Origin: Ginkgo biloba
Taxonomy: Eukaryota; Plantae; Ginkgophyta
DNA length: 25,244 bases
Direction of reading: 5' to 3'
NCBI GenBank assembly: GCA_024626585.2
Contig: JANKJI020000002.1
Span: 260,326,619 to 260,351,862, forward strand
Position numbers and translations under genes: made by a program
Part shown: positions 22,341-25,244 of the stretch, piece by piece
Numbering within the stretch: the stretch's first letter is position 1
Layout of the letters: the number at the start of each line of letters is the position of its first letter
The notes under the pieces: generated by a model
Seen by the model: the letters and a program-made list of their open reading frames with translations, nothing else
The model's database searches: none
What the model was told of the DNA's origin: nothing

Positions 22341-22490
22341 AGTTTGCAAGATGTCACTGGAGCAGAATTCAAGATGTTTATGGACTTTTTGAAGAGTCTG
22401 AGCATCTTTGGGGAAAAGGCTCCACCAGAGAGGGTGCAAGAGCTCATAGAAATTGTTGAAGGACAGGCAGATTTGGATGCACAGTTCAAT
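22341..22490 (+). CDS. API5: API5 exon 7 (SLQDVTGAEFKMFMDFLKSLSIFGEKAPPERVQELIEIVEGQADLDAQFN); gene incomplete at the 3' end
   Basis: Lies within ORF 22287..22583. Acceptor TTTTTGCAG| at 22340, donor AAT|GTAAGT at 22491. 150 nt. Contains the DVTGxEF and EGQADL motifs. No further exon was recognised in the called bases up to 25244. Confidence 0.95.
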
Positions 22491-24181
22491 GTAAGTTTTA
22501 ACCTTAAGATTGAGAAAATAAGTAAAACTGGTCAGAAGATCAAAGAGATGTATTTTCTGTATAGTTTTAATACTGGGTGTTGATGCATATAAAACATAAA
22601 AAATGCTTTGAAAAAGGGAAGCTGTTTTAATGTCATAGACACAAGGCCAGCACCCCAATATGGTCATTTCAAACACTGTTTGCAANNNNNNNNNNNNNNN
22701 GTTGTTAGAGTGAATTCACAACCCTAAGTAGTGCAGAGCAATCATATACATGATTTGAAACAATTTATGAGTATGCTTTTATGATATTGAATATGTACTA
22801 GCTTTACTGTCCAGTATTGCCTCTTTCTACATGAAGACATTATGCAAATGTATGGTGGCCTTTGCAATAAATCTTTCATGTTTTCTATCCTTGTTATCTG
22901 TTTTGGATCAGTGATGGCTGATTGTAGGCTAACACTATTTAGTTGTCTGGGCTACTTCACTCTTTGTCATTCTCTCATTGCACCTTGTTCTTCTCATTAT
23001 GTAGTTCCCCTATCAGGGTATTACAAGCTTGGTTAGTGGCAATGGCTCATTTGTCGTATGTGGTACATAATCAGAGGGAGCTCAAAATAGTGACCTCATT
23101 GGAGCTCTCTGAAGTACTGGTATTATTTAATATGCATTCAGAGAACTCATAGGAGCTCTTATACCAGTTGATGCATAGAGTCTCATTGGCAAAGCAGATG
23201 TTTTTTGGGTAAGAAAATGAAAGTCACAAATTATTTTTTTTAGAATAGAGTGCTCGTGTAGTACATTAGTTAAACCAGCTTGGCTGCATTGGCTTTCACA
23301 AAGACNNNNNNNNNNNNNNNNNNNNNNNNNCTACTAAGCAATTCAGGTGCTTGGAAGGAAATTTCAATTGTTAGCAAGTGGTAGACTTATAAAGGCTATG
23401 TTTTGGTTCAAGACCATTAAAAGGCTATCAAGCAGATCCTACTTCTAAATGGTGAGCAACTATCACCTATTACATGTATGGCTTTACAAGCATTAGTGTA
23501 GATATCATTTGATTATTCCTTAAGCCTAGCACCCCATAACAGTATAGATTTGGCAGGCATTCTTTGGTGCATGAATACCAGTACTTCTGCAGCTCATATG
23601 TGATCGCAGTTTCTTCACTCTTGGGCAATTGCTATGTGTTTTGAGTAGTGCANNNNNNNNNNNNNNNNNNNNNNNNNNNNNNNNNNNNNNNNNNNNNNNN
23701 NNNNNNNNNNNNNNNNNNNNNNNNNNNNNNNNNNNNNNNNNNNNNNNNNNNNNNNNNNNNNNNNNNNNNNNNNNNNNNNNNNNNNNNNNNNNNNNNNNNN
23801 NNNNNNNNNNNNNNNNNNNNNNNNNNNNNNNNNNNNNNNNNNNNNNNNNNNNNNNNNNNNNNNNNNNNNNNNNNNNNNNNNNNNNNNNNNNNNNNNNNNN
23901 NNNNNNNNNNNNNNNNNNNNNNNNNNNNNNNNNNNNNNNNNNNNNNNNNNNNNNNNNNNNNNNNNNNNNNNNNNNNNNNNNNNNNNNNNNNNNNNNNNNN
24001 NNNNNNNNNNNNNNNNNNNNNNNNNNNNNNNNNNNNNNNNNNNNNNNNNNNNNNNNNNNNNNNNNNNNNNNNNNNNNNNNNNNNNNNNNNNNNNNNNNNN
24101 NNNNNNNNNNNNNNNNNNNNNNNNNNNNNNNNNNNNNNNNNNNNNNNNGTGGTATATTAACAATGATAAGTGTTGAGAAAG

Positions 24182-24400
24182 ATGAAAGAGAAAATTAAAG
24201 AAGTGGTCGATGGAAAGGTTGTAGAGACTAGGAGGGGAAGTTATAATAGATATTTAGTAAAATGGGAAGGATTACCCTAGGAAGATAGAATGTGGATAAT
24301 TGAGGAAGAGTTTAGAAGTTTGGATGAAAATAAGTAGAAAGATTCAAAGTGGAGTGCTTGTAGGAGGATCTAAAATTTTTATAAGGGAGAATGATGTAGG
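24182..24400 (+). mobile_element. Chromovirus 3' end in API5 intron 7: decayed chromodomain, PPT and LTR start
   Basis: Translation from 24182 gives MKEKIKEVVDGKVVETRRGSYNRYLVKWEGLP*EDRMWIIEEEF, with the YLVKWxGxPxEDxxW chromodomain core. This is followed by TTTTATAAGGGAGAATGA and then TGTAGG at 24395, a PPT/LTR junction resembling CRM-clade elements. Confidence 0.8.
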
Positions 24401-24847
24401 ATCATCTCAGTAGCACTCTGACCAAGTGAGTAATTTTCAAGATGTAAGTGAAACCTAAGTAGCAAAAATATTATGGAGACCAAAAATCATTTTGGAAGGG
24501 CTTAATTTTTTTTTTGCAACTTCTATCACACTTAGCCGAAGGAGTCGTCCTTTCCTGTCAATATTAGGGTGTGTAGTTCTCAGCCAAGGAAATCTGGACT
24601 TCATGATTGTTGTTGTAGCGAGCAACAACATTAATGCGAAGGCACTTGTACCCAAAAGGCTCAGTGCTGGAAAATAATGCAGTGGCAGAAAAGAAATTAT
24701 GTCTGGAGTGGTCCAACTATGGATATGAAAGTGCTGCTGCCAAAAAGGCCAAGTATGAGAAATAGAGATGGGGTTTTGTTATCACCTGAGATTGGTTTCT
24801 GTCGATTGTAGTTAACTTTCAGATGATAGTTATAAGTACAATGGCCC

Positions 24848-25244
24848 TGTCACAACCAAGGTACTTCACCATTCGGGCTGGTACCTTTCCAGCCACAGGG
24901 AGGAGTCCCTTAATACACAATGAAGCTGTCTGCCTTCAGAAAATGGAACAATTAAACCAAACAACAAGGAAATACCCGCCGCCAGTGCCCTAGAGTATCT
25001 AAACGACGAAGTACAGAAAAATAATCAGAAATAAGTGTATGACCGGTTTCTTCAAGTAGATTTGGAGTCGAATGGGATGGATGTGGATCATAGAATATGC
25101 GCTTTAAGTGAAAGAACTTCAAAGTAAATGCATGCAGAATAACCCAATAGACAAATCATATACTTAACAGTACAACCACATGAACATTCAGGAGCCAAAG
25201 CATAATGAATTCAACTAATCAATTGACAAAAAGGCAGCTACAAG
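24848..25244. mobile_element. Possible terminus of another LTR running off the window end
   Basis: Begins TGTCACAACC, a typical plant LTR terminus, and sequence composition shifts afterwards (more CpG, A-rich). No second copy, PBS or coding motif lies in the window. Confidence 0.25.

Larger units (their letters stand above)
1205..24148. other. 20 N-runs (assembly gaps or masking); eight are exactly 100 nt and two are about 500 nt
   Basis: Directly visible, e.g. 1205-1304, 3921-4421, 9240-9363, 13604-13703, 15830-15929, 18206-18483, 23653-24148. Distances across gaps are unreliable, and X-rich ORFs in the track are artefacts. Confidence 0.95.

Noticed and set aside
16469-24400. The chromodomain at 24.2 kb as the missing 3' end of the intron 4 element
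   Set aside because: That element already has its own 3' LTR end at 20393, and three host exons lie between the two pieces.
24608-24630. Hairpin TGTTGTTG-7nt-CAACAACA
   Set aside because: Low-complexity trinucleotide stem, expected by chance.
1-25244. A CRISPR array, defence system, RNA gene or domesticated-RT novel system
   Set aside because: No regularly spaced repeat-spacer array or tRNA/rRNA signature is present. All RT sequences carry stops and frameshifts and fit ordinary Ty3/gypsy lineages.

Overview
Eukaryotic land-plant nuclear DNA, AT-rich, from a draft assembly with 20 N-gaps. The multi-kb retroelement-filled introns suggest a large genome such as a gymnosperm (inference only). 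The one supportable host gene is an API5 (apoptosis inhibitor 5 / AAC-11 family) homolog on the + strand. Seven GT-AG coding exons (9409-9492, 9930-10091, 13077-13176, 13268-13333, 20907-20989, 21565-21639, 22341-22490) splice in frame into 240 aa, and the gene continues past the window end or into a gap. The upstream 9 kb and the introns hold decayed Ty3/gypsy retrotransposons: a chromovirus-type integrase 3' end (41-445), a Tat/Ogre-like RT (about 1790-2560), an antisense Athila-like RT fragment in intron 2, an old sense-strand LTR element in intron 4 whose two LTR ends still align without gaps, and a chromodomain-PPT-LTR junction in intron 7. I found no prokaryotic-type system, RNA gene or CRISPR array, and no convincing new biological system. 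The most unusual observations concern splicing: degenerate tandem copies of the exon 2 acceptor, one of which would give an in-frame premature stop, and an in-frame tandem acceptor at exon 5.
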